Sequence record: LC597490.1
Strand: one strand, 5' to 3'
DNA length: 64,000 nt
Part shown: positions 49,402-58,140 of the stretch, one piece after another
Numbering within the stretch: position 1 is the first letter of the stretch
How the letters are laid out: each line of letters starts with the position of its first letter
Program-made: the position numbers and the translations under genes
The notes under the pieces: model-generated
Database searches by the model: none
Told to the model about the DNA's origin: nothing
What the model saw: only the letters and a program-made list of their open reading frames with translations

Positions 49402-50982
49402 TTAGAAGTTAGGACGTAAAGATACGTTAACTTGGATTTTACGCATTTCGAATGCTGGGATGATTTCTAAAGTCACGATGCATTCTGATAAAGAGTTACC
49501 ACGACGTACAACGCTGAAGCGGTAGTCACGGATAGCACCCTCAGTCTTCATCGCTTCTAATCCACCTTTAATCGTTGCATTTAAAGAGTTGAAACGTGGG
49601 AAGTCATTTGGTTCACCAATGAATGGTTCGCAAACTGTTCGCACTAACTCAGTAGCTGCTTGAGTAATACGTAGAGTAGAAAGACGAGAATAATCAGAAG
49701 TACGTTTTACGCCATCTACGAAGTAGTCTGGAGCAGTAGTGATACCGTCTGTACAAACAACTTGGTTGTTACGTAAGCGGAATGTTACATACTTTTGACC
49801 AGTTAATAGATTTAATTGGCGAAGAGATAAGTTGTAGTGGATAGAAGCAACACCAGGAACACGTTTGTTCGTTGGAGCAGATTCTGCACGAAGCGTAGAA
49901 GTTAATGCTGCGTAAGATACAACAGAACTCATGTAGTGAAGAGAAGACTTACCAGGAAGGTTGAAACCGAACTCTGGACAAGCTACTACAGAAACATAAC
50001 CAGAATACTCGTTGTCTAACTTAGCTAATTTATCAACGTGACGTTTTACGTTAGCTAATGAGTTATCTACAGGAGCAGATGTCCCAATGTAAGTTAGAAC
50101 AGCATTGTGAGTTAATGTCTGTACTTCAGCGTAGTCTGCTAAAAGCTGTGCAAAGTTACCTACGTGGATAGTACCAGTGTCATGTTTCTCACGACGAGAA
50201 GTGCCAGGCTTGATTCCAAGAGGAGCAGTTGTTTCAGCTTTAAGTGTGATTGGCTTATCAGAAACGATAGTTAACACACCGTCTACTAGAACAACATCAA
50301 GTTTCGCTGTACCTGCTGGAGTAGCAGCTGCTAAAGCAGATTTCACATCAGCAAGGAAGTCCTCGATTTTTTTGTTTTGACCATCGTAAGTTACTCCTGC
50401 TAATACAGCTGTACGACTAGCACCGCCGCCTTCAGAGAATACGATTTTGTCAGACTTGTCTAATTCGATTTTGATCGGAGCAGATAATACAGCATCAGCA
50501 TGAAGCATTTCAGCATAGTGTACGATACCAGGTACGTTCGGGAAGTTTTCAATTCCTTCGATATCTGGAAGGTCCTCTACTTTAATGTCAGCTACTTCGC
50601 TATCCACGAATACACCATGTAATACAACGTGGTCTACTGTGAAGTCTGCTAAGATACCAAACAATGCATCTTGTAAATAAGCGAATTGTTCTTTTGAGTC
50701 TTTTCCTTTTACAGCCATTAAATAAGTACGACGGTTACCAGCATCAAATGCTGCTTTCCAAGCTGCTGCAATTGGGTTAACCTCGCCGTTCATTACGAAT
50801 GTACCGAAGCCAAATGTTACTAAGTCGCTAGATTGACGAATTAATACAGGTTGACCTGGAGCATCAGCAACTAAAGATGGTGCTAAGATTAAAAGACTTT
50901 GTGTGCTTGTATCCTCAGGAAGGATTAAACCACCGTCTGCGATATTAACCTCAATACCAGGTAGGTTTGTAAAGTTAGCCAT
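49402..50982 (-). CDS. Major contractile tail sheath protein; start revised to ATG 50982
   Basis: MANFTNLPGIEVNIADGG; C-terminal YSRLSTLRI...FIGEPN...IRDYRF...PAFEMRKIQVNV; RBS AAAGGAGG before 50982. Confidence 0.9.
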   Translation of the reverse strand: MANFTNLPGIEVNIADGGLILPEDTSTQSLLILAPSLVADAPGQPVLIRQSSDLVTFGFGTFVMNGEVNPIAAAWKAAFDAGNRRTYLMAVKGKDSKEQFAYLQDALFGILADFTVDHVVLHGVFVDSEVADIKVEDLPDIEGIENFPNVPGIVHYAEMLHADAVLSAPIKIELDKSDKIVFSEGGGASRTAVLAGVTYDGQNKKIEDFLADVKSALAAATPAGTAKLDVVLVDGVLTIVSDKPITLKAETTAPLGIKPGTSRREKHDTGTIHVGNFAQLLADYAEVQTLTHNAVLTYIGTSAPVDNSLANVKRHVDKLAKLDNEYSGYVSVVACPEFGFNLPGKSSLHYMSSVVSYAALTSTLRAESAPTNKRVPGVASIHYNLSLRQLNLLTGQKYVTFRLRNNQVVCTDGITTAPDYFVDGVKRTSDYSRLSTLRITQAATELVRTVCEPFIGEPNDFPRFNSLNATIKGGLEAMKTEGAIRDYRFSVVRRGNSLSECIVTLEIIPAFEMRKIQVNVSLRPNF

Positions 50983-50983
50983 C

Positions 50984-51640
50984 TTAATTTCCTCCTTTAT
51001 TTCTTGATGGAATCTCAATATGAATTTCATCTTGAGTATATGAGTCATCTGCTAGATTCATTTTTGAACGAACCGTTGCAGTAACTTTTTCGATAATACC
51101 GCTATTCATTTCAGTTAGTTCCTCTAAACGTAGTAGATAGGTAATTTCTCGTCCTACCATCGTATCTCTGTAGAACCCAGAATCCATGTCTTTACATTCT
51201 TTAAAGATAATATCTTCTACACCCTGCTCCATTAGGAAGCCTTGGTAAGTAGACATTAACGCTCGGAAGTTCTTTGCAAGAGCATCAGCTTTGCCGTTAG
51301 ACTCTTCCCATATAAAAAACTTCATTACACAATCCATGATTTGTCCCTTAATCGTAATTGTTTCCATAGCTTGTGTCTGGGGGTTCTCGACAACAAACTG
51401 CTCACGAATACGAGGTTTAATCTCGATTGTCTTTTCTCCAAATGTACCAGGCTTGAGAACATCAATCTTGTAAGTAATAACAGGAGTGGTAATGTTTTTA
51501 GGGTCTGTACCAGAAGGCCAAGCTTCCGTGAACGTACCCCAATCATCTCCCCAAACTGCTGGAAGTAAGTTGTGCAGGAGTGTGGTGAACCCATCTGCAT
51601 CCAAACATCCTTTAGCTTGCAATCGTGGTGTTCTTTGCAT
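50984..51640 (-). CDS. Tail terminator / neck protein
   Basis: Position between the closure/sheath-like gene and the sheath; PVITYK...GQIMDCVMKFFIWEESNGKADALAKNFRALM pattern. Confidence 0.6.
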   Translation of the reverse strand: MQRTPRLQAKGCLDADGFTTLLHNLLPAVWGDDWGTFTEAWPSGTDPKNITTPVITYKIDVLKPGTFGEKTIEIKPRIREQFVVENPQTQAMETITIKGQIMDCVMKFFIWEESNGKADALAKNFRALMSTYQGFLMEQGVEDIIFKECKDMDSGFYRDTMVGREITYLLRLEELTEMNSGIIEKVTATVRSKMNLADDSYTQDEIHIEIPSRNKGGN

Positions 51641-53091
51641 TAGCTATTCCCCCTTGCTATATAGACTGTTGTATTGGACTGTACTCTTTCGATCTCACCA
51701 TAGAACTGGAACACCAAATCTATGACAGCAAGAGTATCTGATTCTTTGTAAGAGATAGAAGATTCATAGCTCCGAACCCATTGGTTCTTTACATACTCAT
51801 CTAGTATTTCTTTTAAGAATTGTTCAAGTTGTTGTTTCTGTCTGCGTAACATAGGGTCGCCAATGAACTGGCTTGTCTTTATTTGGAGTTCGTAATGAAG
51901 ATACTGGATAGTACGAATGATATGAGGCTTATTCGAGGTTTCCTTTGTAGAAGAAAAAATAGTAGCGTAGAAAGGAACGTACCCCTTTCGAATAGAAGGT
52001 ACAATACAGATATAACCATTAGACGATAACGATGCAACATATTTCTGCGATAATTCGTAATTTAATCCTAAAATTCCTTCTAATTTCTTATTTGTAGGAA
52101 TAATGTTGTGTTTTATCGTTCCAAGTAATGCTCCATAGGCAGATGCCATAGAAATCATCGGGCCATCTATTTCGAAGTAACCTTCACCTACAACTACCTG
52201 CACATGAGGATACTTACCTTTCTCTACACTCATAAGAGCATCTTTCTTATCTGCAACAGATTCATTCGTTACAGTTGTAATTGGTTCAGTACCAACAACG
52301 ATTGTGCAACCCACATCACTGACTACAGATTTCTCTTGAGCAAAGTCTTCTAGCTTCTGAATGAAACTAAAGTCATCTTCCATATACCATCCTGCTAGAA
52401 CCATCGTATTGAAGTTGAGCATACCTAGATATGGATGAACACTATCATCTTCAAACAAGTTATTGATGAATGAGTCCGTTAATAACTGCTTATCATTAGC
52501 TTGCCAGTCTTTATCCCATCTGTTTTCACACATCCATGCATCTGATACACCATTGTTTAATTGGATTAATACAGGTAATGGTAGTGAGAAAGAAAGTTTT
52601 GCATCTGATAGAGCATGAGCCATAACTCCTGTTAAGCCAAATGTAGCATCATTGTTAATAGCTTGTACTAACTCTTGTACATTTGGGAAACGAGAGAAAT
52701 CATATTCACGGCGACGTCCATCTACAGCTACCTCATCTATTAAGAGATGTGTTTCATATAGCATGATACGGATGTCATTGCCGTACTCTCCGCCACAGAT
52801 TGCATATAGGTTAAACATAGGTTCACCTGTTACAGGGTGTTTAACGACTGTCTCAGCGTGCTCTCCGTTGATACGGTATAAAATGATGTCAGGAACTTTA
52901 GCAGCCGCACAAGCTGTGTATGCATCGTATAAGGGGCTATCACCTAAGAACTCTTTTGCATCATCTTCAGAGTACAATAGGAATGGAGTTCCAACTGGCC
53001 CACCTTGAGATGGTCCGACTAATAGTACAGTAGCGAATGGGTCATATTGTTTTTCTTCTGCATAAGCAAAATACTTTTTAGAGTTATGCAT
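51640..53091 (-). CDS. Divergent second tail-sheath paralogue (483 aa)
   Basis: VLLVGPSQGGPVGTPFLL...LYDAY...ILYRING...GGEYGNDIRI; C-terminal IRTIQY...FIGDP...FYGEIERV. Confidence 0.75.
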   Translation of the reverse strand: MHNSKKYFAYAEEKQYDPFATVLLVGPSQGGPVGTPFLLYSEDDAKEFLGDSPLYDAYTACAAAKVPDIILYRINGEHAETVVKHPVTGEPMFNLYAICGGEYGNDIRIMLYETHLLIDEVAVDGRRREYDFSRFPNVQELVQAINNDATFGLTGVMAHALSDAKLSFSLPLPVLIQLNNGVSDAWMCENRWDKDWQANDKQLLTDSFINNLFEDDSVHPYLGMLNFNTMVLAGWYMEDDFSFIQKLEDFAQEKSVVSDVGCTIVVGTEPITTVTNESVADKKDALMSVEKGKYPHVQVVVGEGYFEIDGPMISMASAYGALLGTIKHNIIPTNKKLEGILGLNYELSQKYVASLSSNGYICIVPSIRKGYVPFYATIFSSTKETSNKPHIIRTIQYLHYELQIKTSQFIGDPMLRRQKQQLEQFLKEILDEYVKNQWVRSYESSISYKESDTLAVIDLVFQFYGEIERVQSNTTVYIARGNS

Positions 53092-53099
53092 ACAATCAC

Positions 53100-53624
53100 C
53101 TACTTTCTATATAAGAGTTCATACCCTATTTCAAATGGTCTCTCTACAATACGGATACCACGAATCTCTTTTTGAATTGGTTGGTCATGGACATAAACCT
53201 TCTTGTAGATAAGTTCATCACGTTCAAAGTGATATGGAGAGATATGAGATACCTCAAATAAATCTCCTCCGTTATAGATAGGAAGCCCCTGCGGAGTCCA
53301 ATCTACTTCTAGGATTAAGTCTCCTTGTTTCACTTGTGTTGTTCTATCCATGTAATAGAAACGACCTGGTACCATCATTTCACCAAAGTTTCCTGCTTGC
53401 CCAAGTAATGCCAATGTCTCAGGTACACTTGTATCTGTGTTTCTTGCTAGATGCTTTTCGATAATAGGAACACTACCCAAACCAAAACAGCTTGGGCAGT
53501 CCCTTTGTGCTTCTTGTCTCTTTTCATCCCAGCAAGAACATTTGGTCATATTACTTGCACGAATCAGCAAACAGTTTCGTCCATACTTTTCTAAAATACC
53601 TCGAAACTTTTGATACAGATTCAT
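53100..53624 (-). CDS. Head-closure protein with a Cys cluster (CxC...CxxC)
   Basis: KCSCWD...DCPSCFGLG; follows the adaptor gene. Confidence 0.65.
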   Translation of the reverse strand: MNLYQKFRGILEKYGRNCLLIRASNMTKCSCWDEKRQEAQRDCPSCFGLGSVPIIEKHLARNTDTSVPETLALLGQAGNFGEMMVPGRFYYMDRTTQVKQGDLILEVDWTPQGLPIYNGGDLFEVSHISPYHFERDELIYKKVYVHDQPIQKEIRGIRIVERPFEIGYELLYRK

Positions 53625-53636
53625 ACAGCAACCTCC

Positions 53637-55160
53637 TTAGTTCATTTGCTTTAATGTTACACGATCTATGAATGGTGGGAATGGGTTTCCTACGCCGCCT
53701 CGTTGAACACTTGTAGGTTTTGCATATCCACGATTGAAGTGACCATGCATCCAATCTAACCATGGTTTCATAGCATTCTGGAAGTATCTCATAAGAGACA
53801 TTACATCGGAGACAGAAGATTTGTCCTCTACCTGTAAATCGCCTAACTTAATTGCTTCTTTTCCACCAGCACCCATACGGACACAAGTATCAAGTAGCAA
53901 CCCATAAGCAACTTTACATCTTACGTATTGTCCTACCTCATAAGGGAACTTACCATCTTTATATAGAGTCGCATCAAAAGCTTTAGACTTAGAAGCAATT
54001 TGATATGCTTCCTTACTTGCTTCATGAATACGTTTTGCTAACTCAATATCAGACATGTCACCTATTAAATGACCAACATCTAACCTTACGATATCAATAG
54101 ATACATAGAAAGGATTCATAGGTGTATAAAAAGTAATACTATGTGTAATCCCCAGAGCCAAACCAGCTTCAGATGCAATCTTACTACGAAGGATAATCGT
54201 ATAGATTTTATTCTCTTCTAGTTTCTCTGGTAGTACTACCTTGATTACTCTTCCTTCTTCTACAGAAATAACTACACCTTCAACAGCTTTACTTGGAGCA
54301 TATGTTGTATAGAGTTCCATTGGGGAGTACTCGTTTTTACCTTCTGCTTCGACCATATACACAGATGTCGCATCTACTGTTGATTCATCTAGTTTCTCTG
54401 AGAAGGAAATGAATACCTCTTTCTCTTTCATATCTAAGCTATTGTTTTTCGGGAAGCTGTCAATCATTCGCAAACCTTGTTCTGTTACAGGAGGTTTCGT
54501 TTCTTCAGTCTTCTTTTCAACAACAAATGTTGCTGATACCCACTTACTCTCAATATCCTTCTGTTTAGACTTAATATGAGCCGTGTACGTTCCTTCCTTA
54601 AAGGTGATAGGAATCTCTAAGGACTGTTGGGTTACAGCGTAGCTAGGCTCGCCTACAGGCCATATAACAGGCGCATCAGGAGCTGTGTTTCCTTCTGTAA
54701 TAAACAGATGATAAACAACCTGCTCAGTAGGAATAAATGTGATAGGTGGTAACCAAGAGAATTTAACTGTAGGAGCTTTGACTGTAGCTACGAATGATTG
54801 TGGCTCCGATACAGATGCCTCACCTTTTGTAGAGAATGAATATACTTTATTCACTCCGATGATATCTCCTAGTACAGTTTTAACACCGTTTGATTCTCCT
54901 ATAATCATAAGTTCATATTGAGCTAGTGGTTCTAATGGTGCAGTAGGAGAAACAATCAGTTCCTTATTCGTACGAACGTATTCATACGTACAAGCAACTT
55001 TAGCTCCGTTTACTTTTGTTAAGTATACTGTTCCTTCATTTAATGAACTTACATTCATGTCTGCTTGGAAACGTACACGTACTTTTGTATCTACTGCAAC
55101 GTTTTGTTCTTTGTTAGCAGGATAAACATATGTTACTAAAAATGGATTTGCAGCCATCAT
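53637..55160 (-). CDS. Head-tail adaptor fused to Ig-like (Big_5-like) and FN3-like domains
   Basis: VTYVYPANKEQNVAVDTKVRVRF...LN..TVYL and MIDSFPKNN...ISFSEKLDESTV (two Ig-like units); C-terminal helical adaptor-like region with KLGDLQVE. Confidence 0.65.
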   Translation of the reverse strand: MMAANPFLVTYVYPANKEQNVAVDTKVRVRFQADMNVSSLNEGTVYLTKVNGAKVACTYEYVRTNKELIVSPTAPLEPLAQYELMIIGESNGVKTVLGDIIGVNKVYSFSTKGEASVSEPQSFVATVKAPTVKFSWLPPITFIPTEQVVYHLFITEGNTAPDAPVIWPVGEPSYAVTQQSLEIPITFKEGTYTAHIKSKQKDIESKWVSATFVVEKKTEETKPPVTEQGLRMIDSFPKNNSLDMKEKEVFISFSEKLDESTVDATSVYMVEAEGKNEYSPMELYTTYAPSKAVEGVVISVEEGRVIKVVLPEKLEENKIYTIILRSKIASEAGLALGITHSITFYTPMNPFYVSIDIVRLDVGHLIGDMSDIELAKRIHEASKEAYQIASKSKAFDATLYKDGKFPYEVGQYVRCKVAYGLLLDTCVRMGAGGKEAIKLGDLQVEDKSSVSDVMSLMRYFQNAMKPWLDWMHGHFNRGYAKPTSVQRGGVGNPFPPFIDRVTLKQMN

Positions 55161-55170
55161 ATCACCTCAC

Positions 55171-55193
55171 AAAAAAGGGCGGTGTTACCCGCC
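55171..55193 (-). terminator. Intrinsic terminator
   Basis: GGCGG-GTAACA-CCGCC-C then TTTTTT. Confidence 0.8.
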
Positions 55194-55202
55194 ACTTATT
55201 TA

Positions 55203-56048
55203 TTATTCTGTTGGTTCTGCTGGTTTAGCAGCAACAGTTGCAGATGTTTTATCAGAGTTCACGTATTCACGAACAGCGATAACGTCTACTACTTCGCTTT
55301 TAACTAAAGCACGAGTTGTAATAGAGTAAGTTCCAGTAGAGTTAGCTTCACCTAGTTTAGTAGAACCAACATAAGCTTCTACTTTAACACCGTTAGTAGC
55401 TGTACCTTTAATTACTGTATCTCCTTCAGTTAATGCATCTACTTTAGGAGCAGTTGGTTTCGCAACGTCTTTCAGTAAACCAGATTTAACACCAGTTTGG
55501 TTTTGAGCTTCGGCTAAAGTGTAATTAGCTGTTTTACCAGTTGCATCTGTAACTGAGTCAGCACCTTTAGCAATGAAGTTAGAGTATCCAGTTGGTTTTG
55601 TTACTGTAACGTAGTAGATACCAGCATCAACAGCGTCAAATTTGAAATCACCTTTAGAATCAGTAACAACATCTTTAACTTTTTCGCCAGTAGATTTAAA
55701 TAATGATACTGTAACACCAGCTAAACCTAAATCAGTACCTGAATCAAATCGACCATTACGGTTAACATCTGACCATACGTTACCAGATAATGTAGCAGGT
55801 GTTGGTGGTTTAGGAGGGTTTACATCTTCCTCAACGAACTCATTGAATAGTTCTACATCATCAGGTAAAACCAATAATAGATTTTGTCGTACTAAAGAAT
55901 CAATACCTTTAAAATCCATATCTTCATGGATGTTATATAGTTTTAAGTGTCGGTCTGAACCTTGGTGGAAAGTAACACCTGTTAACTCGTCTGTAAAACC
56001 GTGTCCTCGATAAGAAGGACTCACGGCAACTCTTATACGTTTTGGCAT
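55203..56048 (-). CDS. Probable capsid-surface protein with an SdrD B-like domain and a bacterial Ig domain
   Basis: LSGNVWSDVNRNGRFD...GLAGVTVSL...TDSKGDFKF...GIYYVTVTKPTGY (SdrD_B/CnaB-like); KPTAPKVD...VIKGTA (Ig). Confidence 0.8.
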   Translation of the reverse strand: MPKRIRVAVSPSYRGHGFTDELTGVTFHQGSDRHLKLYNIHEDMDFKGIDSLVRQNLLLVLPDDVELFNEFVEEDVNPPKPPTPATLSGNVWSDVNRNGRFDSGTDLGLAGVTVSLFKSTGEKVKDVVTDSKGDFKFDAVDAGIYYVTVTKPTGYSNFIAKGADSVTDATGKTANYTLAEAQNQTGVKSGLLKDVAKPTAPKVDALTEGDTVIKGTATNGVKVEAYVGSTKLGEANSTGTYSITTRALVKSEVVDVIAVREYVNSDKTSATVAAKPAEPTE

Positions 56049-56069
56049 ATTGCACGCTCCTTTTATTTA

Positions 56070-56444
56070 TTATCCAATGATCCCAGTTCCATCAAACTTA
56101 AATGTAGCTACAGATGGCTGGCTAGTATGAACGATTGTTTCTTTATTATGATAGGTTACCTTTGCAACTCCATTATAATAAGATGTATTAGATGCTCTTA
56201 AATACAATGATTCACCTTCATTTAAGAAATAAGTTTCATCTTTAATTTGCAGATAAGCTCTTTCATCAATTAACAATTGAGAGGTACCAATTAAAACACT
56301 ATCATTTTGATGTGGCTGGATACGTACATATGAGCCACCTTCTCTTCCAGTAGCAATAGGTTGTTGAAAGACTACTGAACTACCAGCTGTACGTGTTCTT
56401 TCTTCGTATCTAACATCCATCATGAACATGTCACTTCCTATCAT
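56070..56444 (-). CDS. Hypothetical protein, paralogue of 56487-56855 (true start probably 56429 or 56423)
   Basis: Shared YEE, GGxYVxI and LNEGExLY motifs; RBS-like AGGAAGTG lies inside the annotated 5' end. Confidence 0.7.
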   Translation of the reverse strand: MIGSDMFMMDVRYEERTRTAGSSVVFQQPIATGREGGSYVRIQPHQNDSVLIGTSQLLIDERAYLQIKDETYFLNEGESLYLRASNTSYYNGVAKVTYHNKETIVHTSQPSVATFKFDGTGIIG

Positions 56445-56446
56445 AT

Positions 56447-56476
56447 AAATAAGACCCCTACATTCCGTAGAGGTCT
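56447..56476 (-). terminator. Intrinsic terminator
   Basis: AGACCTCTAC-GGAAT-GTAGGGGTCT then TATTT. Confidence 0.7.
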
Positions 56477-56486
56477 CTAGGTGTTC

Positions 56487-56855
56487 TTACTGTTGATTCA
56501 ATTGAATTGTACCAGTAAGGTTAATTGGAGGTTGCTGAGATTGAGATACAGGTGGTGCATTTAAGTAAAGAACAGTGTAAAAGCTAGAAGAGTATCTACC
56601 AGTAGACTGGTTGTAATACTTTAAACCATATAGCTGTTCACCTTCATTCAACCAAATAGGTGCATTACCAGAGAAAGCTGCTACGTTTTTTGAGTACACA
56701 TACTCATTAGATTGCTGGTAGTTATCAAACCAATCTTTTGTTCCGATTGGTGATTCACCATCATCTGTGCTGATATATACATATCCTCCACCAGGAACTC
56801 CTTTAGCAATGAGCTTTGGAGTTTCCTCATAACACATCACTCTTTCCATTCTCAT
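56487..56855 (-). CDS. Hypothetical protein downstream of the major capsid gene
   Basis: RBS AGGAGG 8 nt before ATG 56855; paralogous to the next gene. Confidence 0.7.
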   Translation of the reverse strand: MRMERVMCYEETPKLIAKGVPGGGYVYISTDDGESPIGTKDWFDNYQQSNEYVYSKNVAAFSGNAPIWLNEGEQLYGLKYYNQSTGRYSSSFYTVLYLNAPPVSQSQQPPINLTGTIQLNQQ

Positions 56856-56879
56856 CAAACATTCCTCCTAATAATTTAT

Positions 56880-56907
56880 ATTGAAGAGAAAGCCCGAAGG
56901 CTCTCTC
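56880..56907 (-). terminator. Hairpin/terminator after the major capsid gene
   Basis: GAGAGAGCC-TTCG-GGCTTTCTC (cUUCGg tetraloop) with a weak U-tract. Confidence 0.7.
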
Positions 56908-56921
56908 AAACAATTAAGCTA

Positions 56922-58058
56922 TTAGATTTCGTCGTGTTGTTTTGCGAATGAACCTTTCATGTCAGCAGGAAGAGGCATTTTCTCGAACTCACGAGTTGGA
57001 GCTGGGTAAGTCTTAGCAAAGCGAATGTTACGAGCTACTGCTAATCCTAAACCACCGTTTAAGATACCTACGCCATAGCGCTCTTTTACTTTTAACGTGT
57101 AGATGTCACGTAATGGATCGTCGAATTGCTCAGTTGAGATTTCGTCCTTCACAAGCATTACACCAACGTTGTTACGGTCTACTAAGTAGAAGTCAAACGT
57201 TTTGTTAGCTTGGTCGAATGGTACGAATGGAGAGAAGATAACGTTTAATCCTAAAGCATTTGAAGTGTTGAATGATTTAGGGTCAAAGCTTGAAGTACCT
57301 TGTCCGAATGCTGCGATAGAAGAACCTTCTAGAGCTGCGTTTTTAGCGAATAATGACCAGCATAATGGATGCATTACGATGTCAGTTGGAGTATGACCAG
57401 CAGCCATAATAGATACAGCCATGTCGATAATATCTTCAGCAGCTAATGTACCGTTACGTTCGCCGTCAAATCCACGTCCTGTTGGATAACCATCTTGGTA
57501 ACCTACGATAACGTCTGGACCTGATGGATTTGCTGGGTCTTTACCCATGATAGGTCCGTACATTTTAGCATCGAATACTACGTGACCATGTTTAGAGAAC
57601 TCTTCGAAGATTACCTCTTCTTTTTTACGAGCCATTGCACGACCAGCAGCTTGTAAGTGTAAACCGATTACATCCCATTGAGAGTCAGCAACCATTTCGT
57701 CCGTGATTTGTACTTTAAGACCGTACTTTTTAACACGAACATCTACGTTTGTGATGCCCTCTTTAGTTAAGTTTAGAGTTTGCTCTCTGTATTCTTGACC
57801 TTCTCCGACTTCGAAAGCACGGATAGCGCCGAAGTGAATGAACTCCATGCTACGACCTTCGTTAAGTTGTACTTTTTGGAAGAACTGAGAAGCTAAGTAC
57901 ATAGGTTCAGCAGCTTCTGCTACTACTTGTGATACTACTTTTGGAATTAAGATATTTGCATCAGCAGTTGTTAATGCCTCTGTTACAGATACGAAACTTT
58001 CTTCAGTGCGACGACCTTCAAAAGTCACCATCTTAGCAAATTTTTCTTCTAGTTTCAT
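56922..58058 (-). CDS. Major capsid protein (HK97-like fold)
   Basis: LIPKVVSQVVAEAAEP...AFEVGEGQEY...KKYGLKVQITDEMVADSQWDVI...AMARKKEE; position after the protease and decoration genes. Confidence 0.92.
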   Translation of the reverse strand: MKLEEKFAKMVTFEGRRTEESFVSVTEALTTADANILIPKVVSQVVAEAAEPMYLASQFFQKVQLNEGRSMEFIHFGAIRAFEVGEGQEYREQTLNLTKEGITNVDVRVKKYGLKVQITDEMVADSQWDVIGLHLQAAGRAMARKKEEVIFEEFSKHGHVVFDAKMYGPIMGKDPANPSGPDVIVGYQDGYPTGRGFDGERNGTLAAEDIIDMAVSIMAAGHTPTDIVMHPLCWSLFAKNAALEGSSIAAFGQGTSSFDPKSFNTSNALGLNVIFSPFVPFDQANKTFDFYLVDRNNVGVMLVKDEISTEQFDDPLRDIYTLKVKERYGVGILNGGLGLAVARNIRFAKTYPAPTREFEKMPLPADMKGSFAKQHDEI

Positions 58059-58099
58059 TACTTGTTTCCTCCTTCAAATCCCTTTTTAAATTTGATTTT

Positions 58100-58124
58100 A
58101 AATAAGGGAGGGGGCTAACCCCTC
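58100..58124 (-). terminator. Terminator-like hairpin between the decoration and capsid genes
   Basis: GGAGGG-TTAGCC-CCCTCC then CTTATTT. Confidence 0.55.
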
Positions 58125-58140
58125 CAGTTTGTTGTTAGGG

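Noticed and set aside
49402-51048. Upstream sheath start at 51048 (and 48102 for tube 3) given in the ORF track
   Set aside because: The 51048 start overlaps the upstream gene, and neither start has an RBS. Good RBSs precede 50982 and 48078.
47318-56882. TATAAAT as a T4-like late promoter (near 47325 and 56875)
   Set aside because: Only two loose occurrences in very AT-rich spacers, which is indistinguishable from chance.
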